Shown here piece by piece: positions 1 through 8,800 of a stretch of 64,000 bases of DNA. The notes under the pieces are model-generated. The model searched no databases and was not told the origin of the DNA. It saw only the letters and a list, made by a program, of their open reading frames with translations. Every line of letters begins with the position of its first letter. Position 1 is the stretch's first letter. The stretch is from an uncultured cyanobacterium (GTDB lineage Bacteria > Cyanobacteriota > Cyanobacteriia > Cyanobacteriales > CAWCAG01), in contig CAWCAG010000005.1 in NCBI GenBank assembly GCA_963793425.1, positions 768,001 through 832,000 on the forward strand, in the 5' to 3' direction. The position numbers and the translations under genes are program-made.

Positions 1-1136
1 CTTCCAATGTTTACGGTTCTGATCTTACTACGGCTGCTTCTTTACGTAGTGGCGTGGGGGGTAAATTAAAAACCAGTATAGGTAACTTACTACCTTTAAG
101 TGATAGCAACTTCTTTTTAGCTGGAGATGTACGGGCTAACGAACAAGTTGGCTTAATCGCCATGCACACCTTATTTGTTCGGGAACATAATCGCTTAGCT
201 CAGGAGATTGCAACCGCAGACCCCAGTTTAACCGATGAAGAGATTTATCAACAAGCCAGGGCTATTGTGGGAGCGCAAATGCAAGTCATCACCTACAACG
301 AATTCCTGCCCCTCCTGCTTGGGGAAGGTTTAGGAAGTTATGCAGGATATAAAGATGATGTTAACCCCGGCATTAGTAATGAGTTTTCCACCGCAGCTTA
401 CCGAGTTGGTCATACCATGCTCTCACCAAACTTACTGCGTTTAGATGAAAATGGCAATCCTATCCCTGAAGGTAATATTGCTTTGCGGGATGCCTTTTTC
501 TCTCCCCATCGCGTTATTAATGAAGGAGGTATTGACCCAATTTTAAGGGGATTAGCTACACAACAGGCGCAGGAAGTGGATACTTTAGTTATTGACGATG
601 TACGCAACTTCCTTTTTGGGGTTCCTGGTAGTGGTGGTTTTGATCTGGCTTCTTTAAACATTCAACGGGGTAGGGATCATGGCTTGCCTAGTTATAATGA
701 AGCCAGGATTGCCCTTGGTTTGGGGGCTGCCAGGAGTGTTGCTGATCTCACTAGGGATGCAGAGTTACAAAATGCTTTTGCTGGAGTTTATAACGATATT
801 AACGATGTGGATTTCTGGATTGGCGGATTAGCAGAGAAACATACTAACGGAGGTATTGTAGGAGAACTGTTCGCCACAGTAATTAAAGATCAGTTTACCA
901 GACTCCGAGACGGTGATCGCTTCTGGTATACCAATGTGTTCTCCGGGGAAAGGTTGCAAGAACTTGAAGATACAACCCTAGCTGAGGTTATCCGCCGCAA
1001 CACAGATATTGAGAACATTCAAGATAATGTTTTCCTCGCCTCTGAAAAAGTTCCCGAACCAGCTTCCGTTATGGCTTTGTTGGCATTGGCTGCAATACTA
1101 ATCACCAAAAAAAGAAACCTAAAAACGAACAATTAA
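1..1136 (+). CDS. Animal-type heme peroxidase (peroxidase-cyclooxygenase family) with C-terminal PEP-CTERM sorting signal; 5' end lies before the window
   Basis: Frame is open from base 3 (SNVYGSD...). Motifs GDVRANE, REHNRLA, AYRVGHTML (proximal His) and NIQRGRDHG; C-terminus VPEPAS + hydrophobic helix + KKR. Confidence 0.92.
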   Translation, partial: SNVYGSDLTTAASLRSGVGGKLKTSIGNLLPLSDSNFFLAGDVRANEQVGLIAMHTLFVREHNRLAQEIATADPSLTDEEIYQQARAIVGAQMQVITYNEFLPLLLGEGLGSYAGYKDDVNPGISNEFSTAAYRVGHTMLSPNLLRLDENGNPIPEGNIALRDAFFSPHRVINEGGIDPILRGLATQQAQEVDTLVIDDVRNFLFGVPGSGGFDLASLNIQRGRDHGLPSYNEARIALGLGAARSVADLTRDAELQNAFAGVYNDINDVDFWIGGLAEKHTNGGIVGELFATVIKDQFTRLRDGDRFWYTNVFSGERLQELEDTTLAEVIRRNTDIENIQDNVFLASEKVPEPASVMALLALAAILITKKRNLKTNN

Positions 1137-1154
1137 GTACACAACTGTGTACTT
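1135..1154 (+). terminator. Hairpin directly after the peroxidase stop codon
   Basis: AAGTACAC-aact-GTGTACTT, a perfect 8-bp inverted repeat; no strong U-tract. Confidence 0.35.
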
Positions 1155-1328
1155 CCCACCTAATTGTGAGTCTTTATGCACAAAAACTTATTGTGTAGGG
1201 GTGAGGGGAGATAATGTTAACCAATACTAATAAATCTCGGTGGATGGTATCGTTATCTCCCTAAGTTTTTGTTCAATAAAATAGCTTCACCTATTTTAAG
1301 CAAAAGTTAGTAATCTACTCGAAAGATA

Positions 1329-1583
1329 ATGAGAATAAGCGATATTACCCAACAGGCTTTTAGTACAGGTCATTTAACAATTGAAGCAGAAAATCAACTG
1401 CGCCAATTACTAAAACAAAAAAACAATGATTCAGAACTGCAAGCTTTTATGGATTTGCAGGAAGCAGCAAGGCAAGGATGGATTAAGCAAGAATCTCGTG
1501 CTTTTCTTCAGTTTTGCTTAAACTATCAAACATCAGATAATTTTGGAGTAGTAAAGAGGAAAATTCTAGCTAACACTAGCTAA
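1329..1583 (+). CDS. Small conserved cyanobacterial hypothetical protein
   Basis: Pattern I..I.QQA..TG.LT.EAENQLRQLL...AFM.LQ.A...G..KQESR recognised as a cyanobacterial family of unknown function. Confidence 0.7.
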   Translation: MRISDITQQAFSTGHLTIEAENQLRQLLKQKNNDSELQAFMDLQEAARQGWIKQESRAFLQFCLNYQTSDNFGVVKRKILANTS

Positions 1584-1638
1584 TTTTCTTGTCTAATACT
1601 CCTACTTTAACTATTAGTTAATTTGGAGAATAAATAAT

Positions 1639-3207
1639 ATGTCTGTGCAGAATGAAACCAAAGTCTTAGTTCTATCGTTATTAGTAACTACAGGCTTGAT
1701 GGGAGCAGCGTTAGTGGGAGTAGGTAACATAAGTAATAAACAACCAAATCTTTTTAATACCGAAAGTGCTACTGCTGTGGATCGTCATGGCAAAGGGGAT
1801 ATTCGGGTGTTGGGGGATACTTTTAGCGGTTACTCTACTTTAAGAAATATAGATTTTCAAAATACCCTCAAAGAGCAAGAAGTTACTTTAAAATATGCTA
1901 ATGAGTTCGATCAAAAAGTTCGTGCTACGGCTTTAAGCACAGGTAAAGTAGATATAATTGTGACAACTTTAGATCAGTTTCTTACCCACAAGCCTGAAGG
2001 ACAAATTGTTGCTCTGATTGATCGTACTGTAGGGGCTGATGCTGTAGTTTTGAACAGCCAGGAATACCCCCAACTTAAGTCTTTAAATGACTTAGATAAT
2101 TTGGTACAGCAAAAAAGAGCGGTGGGAGAACAGTTGAAAATTGTTTATGCTGGGGATACTCCTAGTGAATTCCTCGCCAAAGTATTAGATACTAAGTTTG
2201 ACAACTTTAACTTAGCTGACTTTGAAATTGTTAAGGTTGCTGATGCTAGCGAAGCTTGGCAGCAAATGCAAAAACCCAACTCCCAAGTTGGTATCACCGT
2301 TCTCTGGGAACCCTATGTTACCGAAGCGAAAGCCCAGGGAAATACAGTAGTGTTGAGTAGTGCTGATGCCCCTAGGGTGATTGTAGATGTGGTGGTAGCT
2401 AGCGATCGCGTTATTAGTAGCAATCCTGGTGCAGTCAGTAGTTTTGTAACTTCTTACTACCGTCGCATGGATACTTCTATTCAAGATCAAACCCAGTTAA
2501 CTCAACAAATTGCTGCTGATGGTGATTTGAGCAATGCTGAAGCAACGTCGGTTAGGCAAGGGATTCAATTTTTCACCTCTGTGGAAGCGAATAATTGGAT
2601 TGAGTCAGGAACTCTAACGAAGAGAATTCGAGCTATTGCAGGAGTTTTGGCACTTTCGGGACGCACCGATGCTATACCTGCTAATCCAGAAACTCTCTTT
2701 ACAAATACTTTCTTGAAAACAGCAGCAGAACAAACTACGAATTTAATCAAGGCAGTGGAAATTGATAATCCTGAATTAGCGAAGAAATTAAGGGGCTTTG
2801 CAGAACCTGTCTTTACGACGGAAGTATCCGTAGCCGAGGTTAAGCAAGCTGATGATATTGGTAACTTGAAGGTGAGAGGTGAGGTTAAGTTCGAGACTGG
2901 GGCAGCCCAACTAACCCCCCAGGGACAGCAAACCCTTGATAAGCTGGCAACAGAGATTAGCGAATTTAATCCTTCCACTGTTGCTATTAAAGTGCAAGGG
3001 CATACCTCCCGTACAGGTAGTGCTGATTTGAATCAAAAACTTTCCCAAGGGAGGGCAGATGTAGTAGTTCAATACCTCAATGCTAACAATCTTCCCCACA
3101 AGTTTGTGGCAGAAGGATTAGGTTTCTCTCAAACTCTTCCTGGTGCAGATCCTGCTTCTCCTGTTAACCAACGTACAGTTATTCGCCTTGTCAGAATCGG
3201 TAACTGA
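1639..3207 (+). CDS. Substrate-binding protein (NMT1/THI5-like) fused to a C-terminal OmpA-like peptidoglycan-binding domain
   Basis: N-terminal hydrophobic anchor; SBP motifs DTFSGY, TTLDQF, GADAVV, LWEPYV; OmpA motifs F.TG.A.L, GHTS..G....NQ.LS..RA, NQRTVI. Confidence 0.85.
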   Translation: MSVQNETKVLVLSLLVTTGLMGAALVGVGNISNKQPNLFNTESATAVDRHGKGDIRVLGDTFSGYSTLRNIDFQNTLKEQEVTLKYANEFDQKVRATALSTGKVDIIVTTLDQFLTHKPEGQIVALIDRTVGADAVVLNSQEYPQLKSLNDLDNLVQQKRAVGEQLKIVYAGDTPSEFLAKVLDTKFDNFNLADFEIVKVADASEAWQQMQKPNSQVGITVLWEPYVTEAKAQGNTVVLSSADAPRVIVDVVVASDRVISSNPGAVSSFVTSYYRRMDTSIQDQTQLTQQIAADGDLSNAEATSVRQGIQFFTSVEANNWIESGTLTKRIRAIAGVLALSGRTDAIPANPETLFTNTFLKTAAEQTTNLIKAVEIDNPELAKKLRGFAEPVFTTEVSVAEVKQADDIGNLKVRGEVKFETGAAQLTPQGQQTLDKLATEISEFNPSTVAIKVQGHTSRTGSADLNQKLSQGRADVVVQYLNANNLPHKFVAEGLGFSQTLPGADPASPVNQRTVIRLVRIGN

Positions 3208-3258
3208 ATTTCCCAGATTGCTTTCGTAGTCTTGTATTGCCTTAAGGCAAAGTTCGTT

Positions 3259-4623
3259 ATGTCTAATTACCTTCTAGAAGAAGCATATCAACTATCTCAA
3301 ACTAATTCCCAACCGGGGCGACTGCTGAAGATTAGAGAACAACTTCGCTTCTCCAGTTATCCATTGCGAAAGAATCCTTTGCTTCCTCACCAGATTCCTT
3401 TAACCGTAAGACAGTGCTTTGCTAAGGCTGCATTGCTACTTACCCGTTATCCTCAATTGGGAGGAAAGCAAACCTTCGGTACTCTTCATTCCCCTACTCT
3501 AAGTAGCTATAGTTGTGATTCCACTCCAGAAATTTGGCAAGGAGAAGAGGGAATTACGAGATTATGTAACAATTTGGGATTAGATCCCAACTATACCGAA
3601 GAGTTGAGCCAATTATTGCGACAAAAAGATGAGGCGATCGCTAAGCATCAACAAATCATGGCAACTTTGTTGGAGGAGGTAGAAGGAATCGCCACTAAAA
3701 AGGCAGTTTTGCAGCTTTTCAAGTTACTTTTTGGTAACTTACCTTTACCTGAAGCAGCAATAGATTGTTTAGGAACACCAATGCAGTTATGCTTTACCAT
3801 TAATTATCAAGGCGGGAGGTTGCACAATAAGGGTTTGTGGCAGAGTTTAACGACAAGGGAACGAGTTCAATTAGGACGATTTTTGCAACAACTCGATCAC
3901 TTCAACTGTAAACAATTTGCTTGCTTCCCTAGCTTTGGCAAAATTCAACCCCAGAAAATTAATCATGAGTTAGGCGATCGCTTAGCTAAAAAAATAGGTT
4001 GCAGTAAAGATCAAATCATCTCAACTATTCAATCATCTGTTGGTATTTGCGCCACAGAAAAAGCAGAAGCTTTCTTTATTCATGATATTTGGGGACACTT
4101 TTGGCAACTATTCCTCACTGATTTCCCTTCAGATTACCAATTTCTCAGCCGTTGTGACGAACCTTCAACTTCACCCTCCCATCACCTCATCAACTCTTTA
4201 AAAACTCACCTACTAGCAGAGATATTAGCAGATATCAATGAATTCAAGTGGATTGCCCAACACCCTCAACAAGCAGATTTATTGCCCTCGTCTTCCTTGT
4301 TTAAACATGAACCAACAAAACTAGATTTGATTTGTAGAGATTTAGGCAGTTTGTTACCGCTGATTTTGAGACAAGAGTATCCAGATATTATGCCGCAACT
4401 TTTAGGAGAGTTGTTGGAATTACAAAATACTCTCAACCAGGTTTATACCCAACCTGCTATCAATCATAATTTCCCTCACCAAGATTTATTGCTTTTGTTC
4501 GCTGCTAACTATAACCCCAGAGATTTTTGTAATTTAAGTGAGATAATCAGTAAATATTTTTATCCCTGTAGCTTCCTTGTCACGGAAACATACCCACCAA
4601 ATTGTCTACTGGCTTGCGCTTGA
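3259..4623 (+). CDS. Hypothetical protein with a possible metal-binding HDIWGH motif
   Basis: Long ORF; ATG at 3259 preferred over TTG at 3232; IHDIWGHFWQ plus downstream E..ADINEFK. Confidence 0.6.
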   Translation: MSNYLLEEAYQLSQTNSQPGRLLKIREQLRFSSYPLRKNPLLPHQIPLTVRQCFAKAALLLTRYPQLGGKQTFGTLHSPTLSSYSCDSTPEIWQGEEGITRLCNNLGLDPNYTEELSQLLRQKDEAIAKHQQIMATLLEEVEGIATKKAVLQLFKLLFGNLPLPEAAIDCLGTPMQLCFTINYQGGRLHNKGLWQSLTTRERVQLGRFLQQLDHFNCKQFACFPSFGKIQPQKINHELGDRLAKKIGCSKDQIISTIQSSVGICATEKAEAFFIHDIWGHFWQLFLTDFPSDYQFLSRCDEPSTSPSHHLINSLKTHLLAEILADINEFKWIAQHPQQADLLPSSSLFKHEPTKLDLICRDLGSLLPLILRQEYPDIMPQLLGELLELQNTLNQVYTQPAINHNFPHQDLLLLFAANYNPRDFCNLSEIISKYFYPCSFLVTETYPPNCLLACA

Positions 4624-4778
4624 AATTATTAAGCTTTTCTTATTTTAGAAAAGGGTTTAAGAGGAATCATTTTTTCATCTTGTTGAACTTGCTCAACTTG
4701 ACATTCTCACTTAAAAAAGTTAGAAAAGAGTTAGCTCATATGAATGAAAAACTATTTATCTTTCCACTAATCTGAACC

Positions 4779-5798
4779 ATGACAACTATTTATACCAAAA
4801 TATTAATCTTTCCCCTGACCCTAACATTAGGTTTATCAACGGTAAGTTGCACTGAAAGTCCCTTGAGGCAGTCAACAAACCCACCAACACCTGTACAAGC
4901 AGAAGCAAAACCTCAAGCCCAAACAGTTTCCACCACTTCTGTAACCCCTACCCCAAAAACAAACCAACGTAGCACCTTTACCCAAGCCCTCGATCAAGGC
5001 ATGAGTGCCGCTGTGATGGGACAAACGGCCCTTTCATCAGAAGACTGGCAACTAGTAGCAAAACAATGGCAAAAGGCGATCGCTCTTTTAAAGGAGGTTT
5101 CCTCATCTGAGCGTAACTATAAACAAGCCCAAAGCAAAATCTCAGAATATCAGTCTAACTTAAGGATCGCCCAAAGCAAAGTTGCCCAATACCAACGCAA
5201 CTACTTTCAAGAAGCCTTAAATAGTGGTAGACAGGCTGCTAATGGTGCGAGTTCAGCCAATAGCGCCAAAGATTGGCAACAAGTAGCCCAAAACTGGCAA
5301 CAGGGCATCAAGCATTTGCAAACAGTATCAAGGACTAGCAGTAATTATAACAAGGCGCAAAATAAAATCTATGAATATGAGAATAACCTCGCCACTGCTA
5401 AATACCAACAACAACAATATCTTTACCAAGAAAATCCTTGCCTTTTAGTCGCCGAAGAAGCTAATTCTTCTCAGCTTGTGGAATTAAATAAAGTAGATTT
5501 TTACCCCACTTCTTCTGGGCAAAGCAACTATATTACTGGCTGTATTACCAATCATAGTGGCAAAACTTTAAGCAATGTTAGGGTTAGTTATAATTATGCT
5601 GGTTTAAACCCTGCCGCTGGAATTATTTTCGGACAAAAAAATTCTTCCCTCGCCTTTACTAACACCACTGTTAAACCCGGACAAACAGTGCCGTTTCAAC
5701 TTAATTCTTCCTTAGATGGAGATATACTATACGTGGAAATAACTTCCCTATCTTCAGAATTAGGAACGATTCCTTTGTATGTTGAAGTCGGAGGATAA
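4779..5798 (+). CDS. Lipoprotein with two helical TPR-like repeats and a C-terminal FxLYD-like beta domain
   Basis: Lipobox TVSC; Pro/Thr linker; two ~76-aa copies of F.QAL..G..AA.....A.S..DW..VA..W...I..L..V......Y..AQ.KI.EY..NL..A; C-terminal YITGCITNHSGKTLSNVRVSY...VKPGQTVPF. Confidence 0.7.
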   Translation: MTTIYTKILIFPLTLTLGLSTVSCTESPLRQSTNPPTPVQAEAKPQAQTVSTTSVTPTPKTNQRSTFTQALDQGMSAAVMGQTALSSEDWQLVAKQWQKAIALLKEVSSSERNYKQAQSKISEYQSNLRIAQSKVAQYQRNYFQEALNSGRQAANGASSANSAKDWQQVAQNWQQGIKHLQTVSRTSSNYNKAQNKIYEYENNLATAKYQQQQYLYQENPCLLVAEEANSSQLVELNKVDFYPTSSGQSNYITGCITNHSGKTLSNVRVSYNYAGLNPAAGIIFGQKNSSLAFTNTTVKPGQTVPFQLNSSLDGDILYVEITSLSSELGTIPLYVEVGG

Positions 5799-5818
5799 AA
5801 AGATCAGGAAAGGGGAAG

Positions 5819-6463
5819 ATGATCAAGAAAACACGATTGCAAAAGTGCTTATTTATATTCCCTCTTACTTTTACCTTGATATTATCCGCTTGCAAGAATC
5901 CAATTGAGTCAAAACCTCCTTTAACAATCAACTCAGATCTGATCGCATCGGGAGATATCATCTTTCGCCAAGGTAATAGCCTTTTAAGTCGAACCGTAAT
6001 TTCTGTTGATGAAAATGCCTCCTTTTCCCACGTAGGCTTAGTCGAGATTATTAAAGACAGTCCCTATGTAATCCATGCTTCTACTGGGGAACCTTTTGGT
6101 AAAAATGCTAAGGTGAAAATTGAGACTTTAGAAGCTTTTTTAGCTAAAGAAGAAACTACGGCGATAGCTTTATATCGAGTTAGGGAACAATATCAAAGTA
6201 CAGTAGAGCAAGCTGTTTTATTTGCTCATAGTTATGCAAGCAAGAAACTACCTTTCGATCAAGAATTTAACCTAGAAACGGAAGATAGTTTGTACTGCAC
6301 TGAGTTGGTATGGAGAGCCTACTTGCAAGCAGGGCTTGATTTGGTAGAAGGAGAGTTTGAAAATCTAGATTTACCCTTAGCTCAAGGGAACTATCTTTTA
6401 CCTAGTAACTTATTAAATAGTAAGTACACAAAAAAAGTTTATTTTTTGCAACTTAAAGATTGA
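5819..6463 (+). CDS. Permuted papain-like amidase (YiiX/YaeF, NlpC/P60 C92 family) lipoprotein
   Basis: Lipobox LSAC; GDIIFRQG, FSHVGLV (His), VIHAS, then LYCTELVWRAY (Cys) in the permuted order. Confidence 0.88.
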   Translation: MIKKTRLQKCLFIFPLTFTLILSACKNPIESKPPLTINSDLIASGDIIFRQGNSLLSRTVISVDENASFSHVGLVEIIKDSPYVIHASTGEPFGKNAKVKIETLEAFLAKEETTAIALYRVREQYQSTVEQAVLFAHSYASKKLPFDQEFNLETEDSLYCTELVWRAYLQAGLDLVEGEFENLDLPLAQGNYLLPSNLLNSKYTKKVYFLQLKD

Positions 6464-6469
6464 GTTTTT

Positions 6470-6859
6470 ATGAAAAGAAGACGTTTCCTTACCATCTCTA
6501 TTTTATCTTTAACTGCAACTATTATTACCAGTTGTTCTCTTAAAAGTGGCCCTGGTGCAACGGTAGAAGAATTTCACTATGCCATTGAAAAAGGAGAAAT
6601 AGAAGCAGCTACTAACTTATTTTCTAACAGTGTTATTGAATCTTTTGGCAAAGATAAAATCAAAGCTGGTATGTCCCAAGCCGTAAGGAATTTGCAAGAC
6701 AAGCAGGGGATTGAATCTATCAAAATTATGGAAGAAGAAGTCACTGGAGAAGTAGCCCAAGTTTCCTACAAAATCACCTACGGAGATGCTACAGAGGAAG
6801 ACAACACTGCTCAATTAATTAAAGAAGATGGTGAGTGGAAAATAGAACCTTCTAAGTAG
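6470..6859 (+). CDS. NTF2-like lipoprotein (DUF4878-like)
   Basis: Lipobox ITSC; P..TVEEF..AI..GE...A and C-terminal LIKEDGEWKI. Confidence 0.8.
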   Translation: MKRRRFLTISILSLTATIITSCSLKSGPGATVEEFHYAIEKGEIEAATNLFSNSVIESFGKDKIKAGMSQAVRNLQDKQGIESIKIMEEEVTGEVAQVSYKITYGDATEEDNTAQLIKEDGEWKIEPSK

Positions 6860-7327
6860 GTATGATTGAGTTATCCTAAAACTTCACAGAATAAAGTTAA
6901 TTGGTTTTATGATCTAGGATTACCCTGATGAGGGTATCATACCTGTAATTGAACTGGCCTAACTATGCTAAGTTCGGTAAGACCATTATTGGAAGTAACC
7001 AAGCTTTCCATAAGGAAAATATTTTGGTGTCATTAGAGACAGTAATCTTCTTATTAAGATTGCCAATACACTAGGTTTGAAGATTACCAACTGAAATCAA
7101 GTGTTTTTTCCCTAACCAAAGAGGTGTTTTATGGTTAAGATAGCTGATTATTCTCTCTATAGAGTGATGCGACAAGATTCAAGGTCAGCGTAATAATATA
7201 TCAAACTTAATTTTAATGAGTAGTTTTTGTAGTTAAAGATTTTTCTTTGGCTGTCAATTTTCAATTGACAAATCACTAATTCTATTAGTTTAGGACTTAA
7301 CCATTTTCTCTTGACTAGTTTCAAAAA

Positions 7328-8773
7328 ATGAAATTCAGTATTGTTATCACAACTTATAATCGTCTGCCTTTATTAAAGCGCGCTATCGAAAAATGCTTAG
7401 CGCAAACCATTCCCTGCGAAGTTATTGTTGTAGATGATTGTTCTGATGATGGAACCCAAGATTATGTAACTACTCTCATCAAAAAAACCGGTAATAAATC
7501 CTTAATTTATTACCGTAATCCAGTTAACTTAGGACATTCCCAAAGTGTTAATGCTGGGGTAAAAATCGCTACAGGAGAATGGATTAAGTTTCTTGATGAT
7601 GACGATTATCTTGCTCCTAATTGCCTCAAAGAAATTGCCAAAGTAATCTCTTTACATCCCCAAGGGGTAATTTGTTCGGTACAAGCAGCTCAAGTAGATG
7701 AAAATGAAGTAGAAATTACGAGAACCAGACAAATCAATTCTAGTAAGGCTTTTTACATCCCTCAAGAAGATATTCACTACGGTATGCTTCTAGAAATGGT
7801 TCCTTTTGGCACTCCGGTTCAAGTTGCTTGTCGTCGAGATGCCTTCTTAGAATCGGGCGGTTGGGATTCTGGTTTGGATGCTAATTTTGATGATATAGAT
7901 TCTTGGATTAAAATTGCTCAGTTTGGGGATGCTATTTTTATTAATGAATGTTTAGCTTATCGTACTATTTGGTCTGGTGCATATAATCACAAATTCTCTT
8001 TAGAAAAGCGGCTGGAAACCAACTTATTAATTAAACAAAGCATTCATGCTTTAATACATTCTAAACACCGAAGCTATACTCCTGCTATTGAAACCATTGC
8101 TAGATATCTTAAGTTGCATTGGAGCTTAGTTGCCCTAAAACAAGTCAAATTTAGTACGGCCTTTAAATTAATGTTTCCTAACATCTTTTTCTGGTCTGCT
8201 TGGCAACTAATTTTAGGTAAAGCAGGAGAAAGCTACCGTAACCGTAACTTACATCAAATTACCATTAAGCAGGATATTGATAAGGTAGCTCAAGAACAAC
8301 AGTCCTACAGAGAAATAATCGAGCAAATCAGAAGCTATTTAAAACTGCGTTGGGGCTTCAAAGCTTTTCAAAAAGGAGAATTTTCTACAGGCATTCAAAT
8401 CGCTTTATCAGCTTTATTTTCTTCTCAAGTTTGGGGTATTACCCTAGCCGCAGCTTTTCCCAAAATTTATCAAGAAAATCTGGAATTGAAAAAGCAATTA
8501 AATCAGAATATTTTAGTAATGGAAGCAATTTGCTCCTTGCTTAACGACAAGCACCAAGAAACCCTACCCAACCTCCAGGAACTAAAGAAATACCTTAAAG
8601 TACGTCTATTTCTTTTAGCTTTCCGTGAAGGAAAAATTAGTGTAGCTATGAGGTTAGCTTTGCCAACAATTCTCTCTCCAGTTGTCTGGAAGCTATTATC
8701 TAGAATTGCGATCTTAACCCGTATTAGTAAGCAAAAACCAATTATTCGTAGATTTGTCTTATTAGAATCCTGA
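7328..8773 (+). CDS. Glycosyltransferase family 2 with a triplicated C-terminal helical module
   Basis: FSIVITTYNR, VIVVDDCSDDGT and KFLDDDD (DxD) motifs; three YLK(L/V) repeats in the C-terminal half. Confidence 0.9.
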   Translation: MKFSIVITTYNRLPLLKRAIEKCLAQTIPCEVIVVDDCSDDGTQDYVTTLIKKTGNKSLIYYRNPVNLGHSQSVNAGVKIATGEWIKFLDDDDYLAPNCLKEIAKVISLHPQGVICSVQAAQVDENEVEITRTRQINSSKAFYIPQEDIHYGMLLEMVPFGTPVQVACRRDAFLESGGWDSGLDANFDDIDSWIKIAQFGDAIFINECLAYRTIWSGAYNHKFSLEKRLETNLLIKQSIHALIHSKHRSYTPAIETIARYLKLHWSLVALKQVKFSTAFKLMFPNIFFWSAWQLILGKAGESYRNRNLHQITIKQDIDKVAQEQQSYREIIEQIRSYLKLRWGFKAFQKGEFSTGIQIALSALFSSQVWGITLAAAFPKIYQENLELKKQLNQNILVMEAICSLLNDKHQETLPNLQELKKYLKVRLFLLAFREGKISVAMRLALPTILSPVVWKLLSRIAILTRISKQKPIIRRFVLLES

Positions 8774-8800
8774 GATCATTAAACATTAAGCATTAAATAT

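Noticed and set aside
1205..1261. Imperfect long hairpin GGGAGATAATG...CGTTATCTCCC as a small RNA (a similar one lies at 36755-36808)
   Set aside because: No recognisable family or promoter/terminator context; cannot be distinguished from generic intergenic hairpins.
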